DNA of 64,000 bases from Deltaproteobacteria bacterium. Lineage in GTDB: Bacteria; Myxococcota; Kuafuiibacteriia; Kuafuiibacteriales; Kuafuiibacteriaceae. Of the stretch, positions 26,125-35,219 are shown one piece after another. Location of the stretch: positions 1 to 64,000 of the forward strand of contig JAVJQW010000027.1 in the NCBI GenBank assembly GCA_040218735.1, given 5' to 3'. Under the pieces are notes generated by a model. It did no database searches and was not told the DNA's origin. It saw nothing but the letters and a program-made list of their open reading frames with translations. The position numbers were made by a program, and so were the translations under genes. Positions within the stretch are counted from its first letter, which is position 1. Each line of letters begins with the position of its first letter.

Positions 26125-27991
26125 CGCGCGGGCGGGTCGTGCCCCAGACCAACACCTGGATCGCGACCACCGCCACGAGTGTCAGCGCGACCGCGTGGGA
26201 GATGTAACGCGGCCACACCGCACCGGCGCAGGCGCCCGCGAGCGCCGCGGCGGACGAGAGCAACGTGCGACGATCCATCGTGACGGCGAGGATGCCGAGG
26301 CCGGTGGCGAGGAGGAGGAGGTCCTGGACGAGGACCTTCTCGATCGGGACGTCCATCACGATCGACAGCCACAGGTGAATCGGCGCGACGATGCCGAGGG
26401 TGAGGATCGAGAACCCGATCTTCTTCGCCGCCTGATTTGCGAACAGCGTGCGCCGGAAGAGCGCGCCGACGATCACGACGACGGACAACAACCCGAGGCG
26501 GCCGCTCATCCAGGCCCGCTCGCCGCCGAGGTCGAGCCACTCCAGGAGGTATAGGCCGCTTACGGCGATGCCGCAGGTGATGCCGAGCGCGGTGTACGCG
26601 CGGGCGCGTCCGCCGGCGGCGACGTCGAGGTCGGCCTCGAGATCTTGGAGCTGACGGAAGCGCTCCTCCTGTTGCGCCTCTTCCGCCTTCAGCGCGTCGA
26701 GGCGCGCGGGGAGGTCGCCGCGATCCTCCTGGGCGAGCTCCGCGATCAAGAGCTCGGCGCCCTCGGCGTTGTCGCGTTGGAGCTCGTGCGCGGCCATCAG
26801 CGCGATCGCCGCGGCGAGCCCGGCGTTCGCGTCGGGGAGGTCGGGCGTGACGCGGAGCGCTTCTTCGTACGCGAAGCGGCACTCGCCAAAGATGCGGTAC
26901 TGCGCGACGCGATCGTCGACGAGGGTCTCGAGGCGACGGTGTTTGTCGCGGGCCTGCCGGACGAGGTCGACGGAGGAGCGCGTCTGGAGGAAGTCGAGGA
27001 GCGCGACGCGGAGCTGTTCGGGATCTTCGTAGCGATCGTTCGGTTTCGGTGCGAGCGCGCGGCGCGCGATGTCGACGAGCGCGTCGGGCGTGCCTTCGGG
27101 GTACGTGTACTCGGTCGCGAAGCTCTGCAGCAGAACGGCGATGAGGTCGCCGCCGCGGTGCGGGGGAGCGCCGGTGAGCATGTGATGGAGCAGGCCGCCG
27201 AGGAGGTACACGTCGGTGCGTGGTCCGACGTAACCCGCGGTCGCGTCGATCATCTCCGGTGCGAGGTACGCGGGTGTCCCGACGAGCGCCATGGGGCGCC
27301 CGGCTTCGCGGTCGTCGCGGAGGTCGTCGATGCGCACCGCGATGCCCCAGTCCAGGAGGTAGACCTCGCCGAAGTCACCGACCATGACGTTCTCGGGTTT
27401 GATGTCGCGGTGGAGGTAGCCGTGCCGGTGCGCGAAGTGCACCGCGTTGGCGACCTGCATGAGCACTTGCAGGCACCAGTCGAGGCGCGCGCCGCGGACC
27501 ATCGCCCAGCGCGCGTGGTCGGGGTCGTCGAGCATCGACGACAGCGGGGTGCCGTCGATGCGTTTCATCATCAGCAGCGGCCGGCCGTCGACGTCGCGGC
27601 CGAGGAGGTGCACCGGCGGGATGTTCGGGTGTTCCAGCGCGCCGATGATGCGGGCTTCGCGGAGGAGGCCGGCGCGTGCGCCGGGGGAGTGGAGCTCGTG
27701 CAGGCGTTTGACGGCGACTTCGCGACCGAGCGCGACTTGCCACGCGCTGCGGACGACGCCCATGCCGCCGCGCCCTAGCTCCCGTCCGAGGATCAGCTCG
27801 GTGGTCCTGAGGTCCGCGTCGCGTTCGCCGACGCGGACCGCGGTGAGCGGCTCGTCCTCCGGGAACATCGGCGTCGGTGCGGGACGGATGGAGAGGAGCG
27901 GGTCGGCGGACTGGTGGGTGTCGAGGAGGCCGACGTCGTCGAGGGCGGTGCGGATCGTCTCCTCGTAGGACACCGCCACCAAGGCTATCAC
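26117..27991 (-). CDS. Ser/Thr protein kinase with C-terminal multi-TM region
   Basis: LGRGGMGVV, VAVK, HRDIKPEN, LLDWGIA, GTPAYLAPE; GTG 27991 overlaps the upstream stop. Confidence 0.9.
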   Translation of the reverse strand: MIALVAVSYEETIRTALDDVGLLDTHQSADPLLSIRPAPTPMFPEDEPLTAVRVGERDADLRTTELILGRELGRGGMGVVRSAWQVALGREVAVKRLHELHSPGARAGLLREARIIGALEHPNIPPVHLLGRDVDGRPLLMMKRIDGTPLSSMLDDPDHARWAMVRGARLDWCLQVLMQVANAVHFAHRHGYLHRDIKPENVMVGDFGEVYLLDWGIAVRIDDLRDDREAGRPMALVGTPAYLAPEMIDATAGYVGPRTDVYLLGGLLHHMLTGAPPHRGGDLIAVLLQSFATEYTYPEGTPDALVDIARRALAPKPNDRYEDPEQLRVALLDFLQTRSSVDLVRQARDKHRRLETLVDDRVAQYRIFGECRFAYEEALRVTPDLPDANAGLAAAIALMAAHELQRDNAEGAELLIAELAQEDRGDLPARLDALKAEEAQQEERFRQLQDLEADLDVAAGGRARAYTALGITCGIAVSGLYLLEWLDLGGERAWMSGRLGLLSVVVIVGALFRRTLFANQAAKKIGFSILTLGIVAPIHLWLSIVMDVPIEKVLVQDLLLLATGLGILAVTMDRRTLLSSAAALAGACAGAVWPRYISHAVALTLVAVVAIQVLVWGTTRPRAT

Positions 27992-28359
27992 TGGCCGTTT
28001 TCGCGCCGCCAGCAGGTGAACTGGGCGTTGGACGTGGAGCCCATTGCCGCGCAGAACGTGGCGTAGTCGAAGCCGGGGAGGGCGAGCAGCCGATCGAGCA
28101 GGGCGTCCTTCACGGCGCCGCCGGGCAGCGCGCAGCCGGAGGCCGGGCGGCCGTCCTCGTCGAAGGCGCCGACCAGGAGCCAGAAGACGTCCTCGGCGAA
28201 GGGGCCCTCGTCGGTGGTCATTACGGTGACCTCCGACAGCTCGTCCCAGCGGACGTACTCGAACGAGCCGTCGGCGCGGGACACCGAGACGCCGAGGTCG
28301 TCGTGGTCGAGGCGCGGTCCGGGGTTGGGGGTGAACAGGCGTTTGATCGTCTCGAACAT
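27988..28359 (-). CDS. Hypothetical protein (PH-like)
   Basis: Clean ORF; VRWDEL...TTDEGPFAEDVFWLL. Confidence 0.75.
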   Translation of the reverse strand: MFETIKRLFTPNPGPRLDHDDLGVSVSRADGSFEYVRWDELSEVTVMTTDEGPFAEDVFWLLVGAFDEDGRPASGCALPGGAVKDALLDRLLALPGFDYATFCAAMGSTSNAQFTCWRRENGQ

Positions 28360-28380
28360 GAATACATCGTTGCCTTGATA

Positions 28381-28396
28381 AATTGGGTATCCAACC
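28381..28396. promoter_or_regulatory. Putative TetR operator palindrome
   Basis: TTGG-gtat-CCAA in the AT-rich 46-bp divergent gap upstream of the TetR gene. Confidence 0.45.
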
Positions 28397-28405
28397 AGTA
28401 AACCG

Positions 28406-28987
28406 ATGGCGATGGCTCGCCCCTCGAATCGATTCGAACGTCGCGCCGAGCTCGTTCGGGCACTCGAACAGGTCCTCGCGGAGCACGGCCTCGGTGGCGC
28501 TACCGTCGCGCGCGTCGCGGACGTGATGGGCTGCGCGCCCGGGCTGGTGCACCACCACTTCTCGGGTCGCGAGGAGCTGATGCGAGAGCTCGCGCGTTCG
28601 CTCGTCGAACGCTTCCGTCATCAGCTCCCGAACGAAAAGGACCCGGCGGCCTTCTTGGAGGCCTACGTCGACGCTGCCGTCGCGCTCCGGCCGTCGCGCG
28701 GTCGAACGGCGGCGCGCGCGTGGGTCGGCCTGTTCGCGGAGGCGGTGTGCACCGCGTCCGTACGCAGGGTCGTGCAACGTGCCTTGCAGACGGAGGTGCA
28801 GCGCCTGGAGTCACGCTTCGCCGCGCTGGGGGACGACCCGCAGCGCGCGAAGGAGAACGCGGCGGGGCTCGTGTCCGGAGTCGTGGGGTGCCTGGTGTTC
28901 GGCGCGATCGTCCCGAACACCGCGGTGGGGTTCGCGGCGCCTTACCTGCGCCGGGTCATCGCACGGCGATCGTCGCCGTCGTCGTGA
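28406..28987 (+). CDS. TetR family regulator (BetI-like)
   Basis: HGLGGATVARVADVMGCAPGLVHHHFSGREEL HTH. Confidence 0.9.
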   Translation: MAMARPSNRFERRAELVRALEQVLAEHGLGGATVARVADVMGCAPGLVHHHFSGREELMRELARSLVERFRHQLPNEKDPAAFLEAYVDAAVALRPSRGRTAARAWVGLFAEAVCTASVRRVVQRALQTEVQRLESRFAALGDDPQRAKENAAGLVSGVVGCLVFGAIVPNTAVGFAAPYLRRVIARRSSPSS

Positions 28988-30194
28988 GGAAGTGCTGGCC
29001 CGCGACGTACTTCCCTTCGAGGTCGTGGTACGCGAGGTTCTTCTCGTTGATCCGGAAGCGGCTCGCCTTCAGCGTCACGTAGATCGGCCCGGCCTTCGGC
29101 GCGGTGAAACGGAGGATTCCTTCGCGCGCTTCCTTCGGCTTCAGGCGGTTGTCGCTGAGTTTCTTCACCTCGGGTGACCACTGGTAGACCGACCCGATCT
29201 CGAACTGATCGCGAATGAGCGGCCCGCCGTCCGTGCGCGCTTCGAGCTCGATGCGAATGAAACGCTCCGGATCTCCCGACGGGAGCATGTGCCCCGTGTT
29301 GGCGTTGGCGTAGCGATACGTGATGCCGAGCGGCTGCGTCGGCTGGACCTCGTCGGGCGCGTTCACCCACGTGGCCTCCAGGCCCGGCGGGTAGTGCGCG
29401 CGCAGCTTCGCGAGCTCGTCCGTGAAGCGCGGGTGTTTGGGGATCAGCGAGCCCCCGAACCAGTGGCGTCGCGTCTTGCGTGGCTTTCCGTTCGTGGCGA
29501 TCGGGCGCGTCACCTCGGGCATGTGGCACGACTGACACGTCTTGCCCGCCTCGTCGTAGTCGGACGCGGCGTACTCCTGCCCGGTGTCGAACACACACGC
29601 GAGCGCGATGTGCCGCCACTCGGCCTTCGCCTGGTGGCACTGCGTGCACACGTCGACCTTCAGCAGGGACGGGTCCTTCTTCACCGGGTGCGGCGCGATG
29701 GTGTCGCCGTACGGGCCGAGGATCTGCCCGTCCTTCACGTGGCAGGTTCCGCAGGTGATCGCGTCCTTTTGGAGCGCCTCCGAGAAGCGCGGGTTGTCGA
29801 CGAAGATCGGCTTTTCGACCGCGCCGTCCTCGAGCTTCGCCACGAGACGCGGGAGCTGATTCACCATCGGCGTGTGGCAGTTGACGCACATCCAGCCGAC
29901 GCCCTGTCCGTTGGACTTCTCGAGCTCGGCCATGAACTGCGCGTCGTCCGTCCACGCGCGGGCGTGGGTGGAGATCTTCCACTCCTCGTAGATCTCGACG
30001 TGACACTTCCCGCAGGTCGCCGCCTCCAGATCCGGGAGCCCCTCCGGGACCTCGGAGTAGGCGACGGGCTGCAGGAAGCGCGGCTGCGCTGCGTAGAAGG
30101 CGACGGCGTCGTCGTAACCGAGCGAGCGCGCCTTGGACGTGGTCTTCGTACAACCCGCCGCGCCGACGACGACCAGCAGGAGGAGCGGTCTCAT
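28956..30194 (-). CDS. Multiheme (5x CxxCH) c-type cytochrome lipoprotein
   Basis: ATG 30194, lipobox AAGC; CGKCH, CVNCH, CGTCH, CTQCH, CQSCH; GHMLPSGDP. Confidence 0.9.
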   Translation of the reverse strand: MRPLLLLVVVGAAGCTKTTSKARSLGYDDAVAFYAAQPRFLQPVAYSEVPEGLPDLEAATCGKCHVEIYEEWKISTHARAWTDDAQFMAELEKSNGQGVGWMCVNCHTPMVNQLPRLVAKLEDGAVEKPIFVDNPRFSEALQKDAITCGTCHVKDGQILGPYGDTIAPHPVKKDPSLLKVDVCTQCHQAKAEWRHIALACVFDTGQEYAASDYDEAGKTCQSCHMPEVTRPIATNGKPRKTRRHWFGGSLIPKHPRFTDELAKLRAHYPPGLEATWVNAPDEVQPTQPLGITYRYANANTGHMLPSGDPERFIRIELEARTDGGPLIRDQFEIGSVYQWSPEVKKLSDNRLKPKEAREGILRFTAPKAGPIYVTLKASRFRINEKNLAYHDLEGKYVAGQHFLTTTATIAVR

Positions 30195-31165
30195 ACGACG
30201 ATCCGGTACGCCCGGTGGATCTTCTTGTTGCGGTAGTCGGAGGGGATCGTCTCCTTGGTGATCTCCTCGATCGACTTCACCTTCAGGTAGTCGAACCGCG
30301 GCTCGAACCGCTGGTGGTTCGTCGAGAAGTACACCACGCCCTTCTTGCGCATCACGCCGACGGTCGCCGCGAGGAGATCCGGGTGGTCCCGCTTGATGTC
30401 GAAGCGGTTGCGCCCGCGACCACCGCGCGTGGAGTAGGAAGGCGGGTCGACCACCGCGAGGTCGTAGCGCTGCGGCGACGCCTTCGCTTCGTCGAGCCAC
30501 TCGAGGACGTCGTGTTTCACCAGCTCGTGTTTGCGTGAGTAGAGCCCGTTGAGCTGCAAGTTGTCTTTCGCCCAGTGCAGGTAGGGGCCGGAGAGGTCGA
30601 CCGTCGTCGTGCGCTTCGCGCCGCCGAGCGCCGCGTAGCAGGTGAAGCTACCGGTGTACCCGAACAGGTTGAGGAACGACTTGTTCTTCGCTTCGTTCGC
30701 GATGAGCGCGCGGGTCTCGCGGTGATCGGCGAACAGGCCGGTGTCGACGTAGTCGTCGAGGTTCACGAGGAACTTCAGGTCACGCTCGCGGACCTCGATG
30801 CGCTTGCGCGAGCGCCCCTTGTCGTCGTAGCGGCGCCCCTTCTTCGGCTGCGTGCGGCGCGTCTTGAGGTGGATGCGTCCGGGCGCGATGCCGAGGGTGT
30901 CGGCGACGGCGCGGCCCATGCGTCCGATCCAGTCCGGCACCTTGTCCGTCTGGTCGCGCGCGTACTCCGCGACGACGAGGTGGCCTTCGTACCAGTCGAT
31001 CGCGGCGCGCACCTCCGGGATGTCCCAGTCGTACAGGCGGAAGACGCCGATGTTCTCCTGCTCGAACTTCTTCTGGAGTTTCCTCAGGTTCTTCTTCACC
31101 CGGTTCGCGAGGATCTCCGCGTGCCGGTCGACGTCTGCCTCGGTGAGTCCTGCGGGGCCTGCCAC
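30191..31165 (-). CDS. RlmK/RlmI-like SAM-dependent rRNA methyltransferase
   Basis: FRLYDWDIPE, DTGLFADHR, FLNLFGYTG, VVDPPSY. Confidence 0.9.
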   Translation of the reverse strand: MAGPAGLTEADVDRHAEILANRVKKNLRKLQKKFEQENIGVFRLYDWDIPEVRAAIDWYEGHLVVAEYARDQTDKVPDWIGRMGRAVADTLGIAPGRIHLKTRRTQPKKGRRYDDKGRSRKRIEVRERDLKFLVNLDDYVDTGLFADHRETRALIANEAKNKSFLNLFGYTGSFTCYAALGGAKRTTTVDLSGPYLHWAKDNLQLNGLYSRKHELVKHDVLEWLDEAKASPQRYDLAVVDPPSYSTRGGRGRNRFDIKRDHPDLLAATVGVMRKKGVVYFSTNHQRFEPRFDYLKVKSIEEITKETIPSDYRNKKIHRAYRIVV

Positions 31166-31216
31166 TTCGCCGACAACGAGCCACGCCGCGCCCGGCCGGT
31201 CAACTTCGCTCGTACT

Positions 31217-31447
31217 TCACACGCCGTAGATCGTCGCGCAGATCGAAAACGCCCAGAACAGATACGCGGCGGAGACGCCGCACAGGCCCGCGGGTTCCAC
31301 GAAGCGGTCGTAGATCCGGAGCCACTTCGACTCCGAGCGCTGCATCGCGCGGTGGGCGCGGACGCGGATGTGCTCGCGTCGCCAGTCGTCGACGTCCTCC
31401 TCGGGGAGGTCGGCGAGTCGTTCGAGGATCGGGTCGGAGTCGTTCAT
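31217..31447 (-). CDS. Small single-TM protein, putative anti-sigma factor
   Basis: ATGA overlap with the ECF stop; C-terminal TM. Confidence 0.65.
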   Translation of the reverse strand: MNDSDPILERLADLPEEDVDDWRREHIRVRAHRAMQRSESKWLRIYDRFVEPAGLCGVSAAYLFWAFSICATIYGV

Positions 31448-32004
31448 GACGTCCCTCGTGGCTCGAGGCGTTGGGCGAGCATCTCGCGCGCGCGGCGGAG
31501 ACGCTGGCGGAGCGCTTCGGGCTTGATGTTGACGATGTCGGCTGCGGCGCAGGGCGACAAGCCCTCCACGGCGACGAGGAGGATCACCTCGCGGTACTTC
31601 ACCGGGAGGGCGGCGATCCCGCGTTCGAGCGCCTCGTGGGTCTGCCGTGCCGAGGAGCGTTGGAACGGCGTCACGGGTGCGGGCGGAGGGGCGCGGCGGA
31701 GCGTCCCGAGGCGATCGAGGTCGAGGAGCACCCAGCGGCGGTGGCTGACGAAGAGGTTACGCGCCACGGTGAAGAGCCAGGCCTGCAGGCGGGTGTCCTC
31801 GGCGAGCCCGGCGGACTTGGTGGCGAGGCGGAGGAAGGTCTCCTGGAGCAGGTCCTCGGCGAGCGCGCGCTGCTGGGTGAGGCGGAGGAGGAAGCCGAAC
31901 ACGCGGGGGCGGTAGAGGTCGTACGCCTCGTCGAACGCGGACGTCTCGCCGGCGCGCAGGCGGGCGACGAGCGTGGCGCCGTGTTCCGTGACCATCGCTC
32001 CCAT
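31444..32004 (-). CDS. ECF RNA polymerase sigma factor
   Basis: AEDLLQETFL, AWLFTVARNL, region 4 LPVKYREVILL...RQRLRRAR; start ATG 32004 or 31995. Confidence 0.93.
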   Translation of the reverse strand: MGAMVTEHGATLVARLRAGETSAFDEAYDLYRPRVFGFLLRLTQQRALAEDLLQETFLRLATKSAGLAEDTRLQAWLFTVARNLFVSHRRWVLLDLDRLGTLRRAPPPAPVTPFQRSSARQTHEALERGIAALPVKYREVILLVAVEGLSPCAAADIVNIKPEALRQRLRRAREMLAQRLEPRGTS

Positions 32005-32021
32005 CGCGTTACAACCGGGTG

Positions 32022-32047
32022 AACGCCCCGCCGGGAGGAGCGTGACA
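32022..32047 (-). promoter_or_regulatory. Putative ECF promoter TGTCAC-N16-CGTT for the sigma gene
   Basis: Exact motif on the minus strand, mirrored by an identical motif on the plus strand. Confidence 0.7.
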
Positions 32048-32055
32048 AATTTTCT

Positions 32056-32081
32056 TGTCACGCGCAGGCGCCCCGAGCGTT
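32056..32081 (+). promoter_or_regulatory. Putative ECF promoter TGTCAC-N16-CGTT for the membrane-protein gene
   Basis: Exact motif upstream of GGAGG RBS and ATG 32106. Confidence 0.7.
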
Positions 32082-32105
32082 GGGTGGGTCGGAGGTTCGA
32101 CAGAC

Positions 32106-32468
32106 ATGCTTCAGTTCATGCGCGCGGGTGGGTTCGGAATCTGGATCGTCCTGCTCTTCGGGATCATCATGCTCTTTTCATCGGCGCGGTTTGCGCTGAA
32201 GCCGGACGACGGGCGCGTGGGCTTCCTCCGGGGGATGTCGGCGGCGACGGTGTTCTCGATCTTCACCGCGGTCAGCTCGAACTTCGCGATGGTGATGTGG
32301 CGGGTGCCGAACGTCGACGAGCTGGGCAAGAGCCCCGAGGTCCACCTGATCGTCATGATGGGCGTCGCGGAATCCCTGACGCCGGCGATCCTGGGCTCGG
32401 CGTTCCTGACGCTCGCTTGGCTCATGATTGCGGTCGGACACCGCCGAAACGCCCCGTCCTTCGCCTGA
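32106..32468 (+). CDS. Small 3-TM membrane protein (MotA/TolQ/ExbB-like)
   Basis: MLQFMRAGG start, GVAESLTPAILG; RBS GGAGG. Confidence 0.75.
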   Translation: MLQFMRAGGFGIWIVLLFGIIMLFSSARFALKPDDGRVGFLRGMSAATVFSIFTAVSSNFAMVMWRVPNVDELGKSPEVHLIVMMGVAESLTPAILGSAFLTLAWLMIAVGHRRNAPSFA

Positions 32469-32520
32469 CGCGGGGAGTTCACACAACAAGGTAGGACACC
32501 GGCCGATAATGTGGGCCGTC

Positions 32521-33120
32521 ATGGTCCGTTTCGATCCCCAGGCCACGTTCCAGCGCGTCTTCGGACCGCGCGACGCCCAGTCCACCGCCCAGTCGGCATC
32601 GACCCGGCCGTCCCAGGGCGCCGACGGCTTCGACAAGACGAGCTCGGGTCCCAAGACCGTGTGGGGCCAGATCTGGAGCTTCCTCGGCAACGTCGTCCAG
32701 CGTGGCCGGATGCTGCTGTCGAGCTTCGCGAGCCTGTTCGCGGCCGACCGCGGCAGCCAGATGCCGAAGGAGAACCCGTCGGTCGCCGCCGCCCAGATCG
32801 GCGCCGTCCGCGGCCGGGTGGTCTCCAAGGGCGCGACGCTCGCCGGGCACGTGATGGACGCGCAGGCCAAGTACGCCGACGCGAAGCGCGTCGCGACGAC
32901 CTCGATCGCCTACGCCTCACACGCCGGCGTCCCGAAGCCGATCGTCGCGCTCGCGGAAGCCGACGTCGCGTCGCTCGACGGGCGCGCGGATCAGATCTTC
33001 GAGAACATCGGTAACCGGCACCGCAGCAGCCAGAGCCGCCGCAACCAGCGCGCGAAGCTCGACGACGTCATCGGGGAGCTGCACGCGATCGCTCAGCGCA
33101 TGGACGCCGCCGGCGCGTAG
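32521..33120 (+). CDS. Hypothetical helical protein, no signal peptide
   Basis: GC3-rich ORF with Ser/Thr-rich N-terminus containing DGFD; start uncertain. Confidence 0.65.
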   Translation: MVRFDPQATFQRVFGPRDAQSTAQSASTRPSQGADGFDKTSSGPKTVWGQIWSFLGNVVQRGRMLLSSFASLFAADRGSQMPKENPSVAAAQIGAVRGRVVSKGATLAGHVMDAQAKYADAKRVATTSIAYASHAGVPKPIVALAEADVASLDGRADQIFENIGNRHRSSQSRRNQRAKLDDVIGELHAIAQRMDAAGA

Positions 33121-33132
33121 CGCGGCGAACCG

Positions 33133-34158
33133 TTAGAGCCCCGCGTCGCGCCAGCGAAGCATTCCGCCGGCCATCGAGGCGACGTGGGCGAAGCCGGCCT
33201 CCTCCATCGTGCGCGCGGCTTTTCCGGAGCGACCGCCCGATCTGCAGATCGTGATGATGGGCGCCTGACGATCCCACGCGCCGAGGTGATCACTCAGCTC
33301 GGGGAGCGGTACGAGCTCGGTGCGCGCGATGTGGCCGAGCTCGCCTTCGTACTCGTCCTTGGTGCGGACGTCGATCAGGCGCACCCCATCCGGGACGTCG
33401 GCGATCGCGCGGATGGAGACCTCAGGGACCTCGTCGGCGGTTCGGGCGACCGACGCCCAGTCGTCGTTCGTCATCCCGCACAGGAGGTTGCGCGGGACGG
33501 CGACGTCGATGCGCTTGGGATGCGCGAGGTTCAGGTTGTTCATGATGTCCACGAACTCGTCCTGGTCGTTCTCCATCTTGAGTCGCGGGTTGTGCTGTTT
33601 CTCTTCGGCGACCGTCGTCACCGTGCGGCCCTTGTAGTCGTGGCCGGGGTGCAGCTGCGCGTCGTCCGCGAGTGTGAAGATCTTCCCGCGCACGGACTCG
33701 AAGAGTGTGTTCGCGCAGCCCTGCTGGAAGTCGGTGCGACCGCAGCCGCGGATGAGGAGCGTGTCGCCGGTGAAGGCGTGTTTCAGATCGTCGGTGATGT
33801 ACGTGACGCAGCCGTCGGTGTGGCCCGGTGTCGCGCGGACGATGAGGCGGTGCGCGCCGAAGGTGATTTCGTCGCCGTCGTCGACCTCCACGTCAGCGTT
33901 CTTCGTGCCGCCCGCGCGGGACACGACGTACTTACTGTCGCGACGCACGCGAAGGACGCCGCCGCCCGTGACGTGGTCGGCGTGAACGTGGGTCTCGAGC
34001 GTATACTTCAACGTGAGACCGAGCTCGTCGAGGATGGCCTCGTCGCGAGCGACCTGCTCCAACACGGGATCGATCAACACGGCTTCGCGCGTGTTTTCGT
34101 CGGCGAGCAGGTACGTGTAGGTAGAGGTCTCTTTGTCGAAGAGTTGACGGAACAACAT
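33133..34158 (-). CDS. ETHE1-type persulfide dioxygenase fused to rhodanese
   Basis: LFRQLFD, ETHVHADHVTG, TPGHT, GCGRTDFQ, HDYKG; rhodanese CRSGGRS. Confidence 0.93.
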   Translation of the reverse strand: MLFRQLFDKETSTYTYLLADENTREAVLIDPVLEQVARDEAILDELGLTLKYTLETHVHADHVTGGGVLRVRRDSKYVVSRAGGTKNADVEVDDGDEITFGAHRLIVRATPGHTDGCVTYITDDLKHAFTGDTLLIRGCGRTDFQQGCANTLFESVRGKIFTLADDAQLHPGHDYKGRTVTTVAEEKQHNPRLKMENDQDEFVDIMNNLNLAHPKRIDVAVPRNLLCGMTNDDWASVARTADEVPEVSIRAIADVPDGVRLIDVRTKDEYEGELGHIARTELVPLPELSDHLGAWDRQAPIITICRSGGRSGKAARTMEEAGFAHVASMAGGMLRWRDAGL

Positions 34159-34171
34159 CACCCTCGACAAG

Positions 34172-34187
34172 AGCAACCGCCGGGCCA
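34172..34187 (-). promoter_or_regulatory. Sigma54 promoter TGGCCC-N5-TTGCT
   Basis: GG-N10-GC on the minus strand just upstream of the persulfide dioxygenase. Confidence 0.8.
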
Positions 34188-34256
34188 GGTGCCGCGCTTG
34201 TGTTGTGCTGGGCTTTCCTGGCCATCCGTATTATTCGGTTTCAGCGGATCCGAAAC

Positions 34257-35219
34257 ATGCCGAAACGTCCCGACTGCCGACCGACGAACTTCCACGGGCT
34301 CCTCACCTGCGCGCCCGAGATGGAGGCGTTCTTCGCGTTGCTGCAGCGCGTCGCACGGAGTCAGGCGTCGGTCCTCGTACGCGGTGAGACGGGCACGGGC
34401 AAAGAGCTCGTCGCGCGCACGATTCACACCCTCAGCCGCCGCTCGGGCGGCCCGTTCCTCGCGGTGAACTGCGCGACGTTCACCCCCGAGCTGCTCGCGT
34501 CCGAGCTCTTCGGTCACGTGCGTGGCGCGTTCACCGGCGCGGTGCAGAACCGCCAGGGCCTCTTCGCGCTCGCCGACGGCGGGACGCTCTTCCTCGACGA
34601 GGTCGCGGAGATGCCGCTCGATCTGCAAGCGCGTTTGCTGCGTGTGCTCGAAGAAAAGGCGTTCGTCCCCGTCGGCGGGTCGGAGCGCCACGACGTCGAC
34701 GTACGTATCCTCGCCGCGACGCACAAGTCACTGCGCCGCGAGGTGCACGGCGGACGCTTCCGCGAGGACCTCATGTTCCGCATCCGCGTGGTGCCGCTGT
34801 TCGTCCCGCGCCTCACGGACCGCACCGGCGACATCGAAGCGTTGATGTGGCACTTCGTCGAAGAGCTCAACGATCGCGAGGACCGTCAGGTCGATACGGT
34901 CTCACCCGCGGCGATGACCGCGCTCCTCGGGCACGAGTGGCCGGGCAACGTGCGTGAGCTCCGCAACGTGATCGAGTACGCGTTCATCGTCGGCGACGGC
35001 CGCACGATCGAGCTCGAAGACCTCACCCCCGAGCTCCGCGGAGAGGCGCCGCCGGGCGCCGAAGACGAGGACGCATTGGACCTCAAGGAGATCGAGCGTC
35101 GGTCGATCCTCGAGGCCTTGAACAAGACGGGCGGTCGCAAGGCGGAGGCCGCGGAGCTGCTGCAGATGAGCCGCACGACGCTCTGGCGGAAGCTCAAAGA
35201 GCACCGCCTGATCGAGTGA
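34257..35219 (+). CDS. Sigma54-dependent activator (AAA+ and HTH only)
   Basis: GETGTGKE, ELFGHVRGAFTGA, FLDEV, WPGNVREL, Fis-type HTH; no N-terminal sensor domain. Confidence 0.93.
   Translation: MPKRPDCRPTNFHGLLTCAPEMEAFFALLQRVARSQASVLVRGETGTGKELVARTIHTLSRRSGGPFLAVNCATFTPELLASELFGHVRGAFTGAVQNRQGLFALADGGTLFLDEVAEMPLDLQARLLRVLEEKAFVPVGGSERHDVDVRILAATHKSLRREVHGGRFREDLMFRIRVVPLFVPRLTDRTGDIEALMWHFVEELNDREDRQVDTVSPAAMTALLGHEWPGNVRELRNVIEYAFIVGDGRTIELEDLTPELRGEAPPGAEDEDALDLKEIERRSILEALNKTGGRKAEAAELLQMSRTTLWRKLKEHRLIE

Noticed and set aside
27992-28777. 886-aa N-terminal extension of the Ser/Thr kinase in the ORF track
   Set aside because: Overlaps the 123-aa gene and the TetR gene; real start is near 27991
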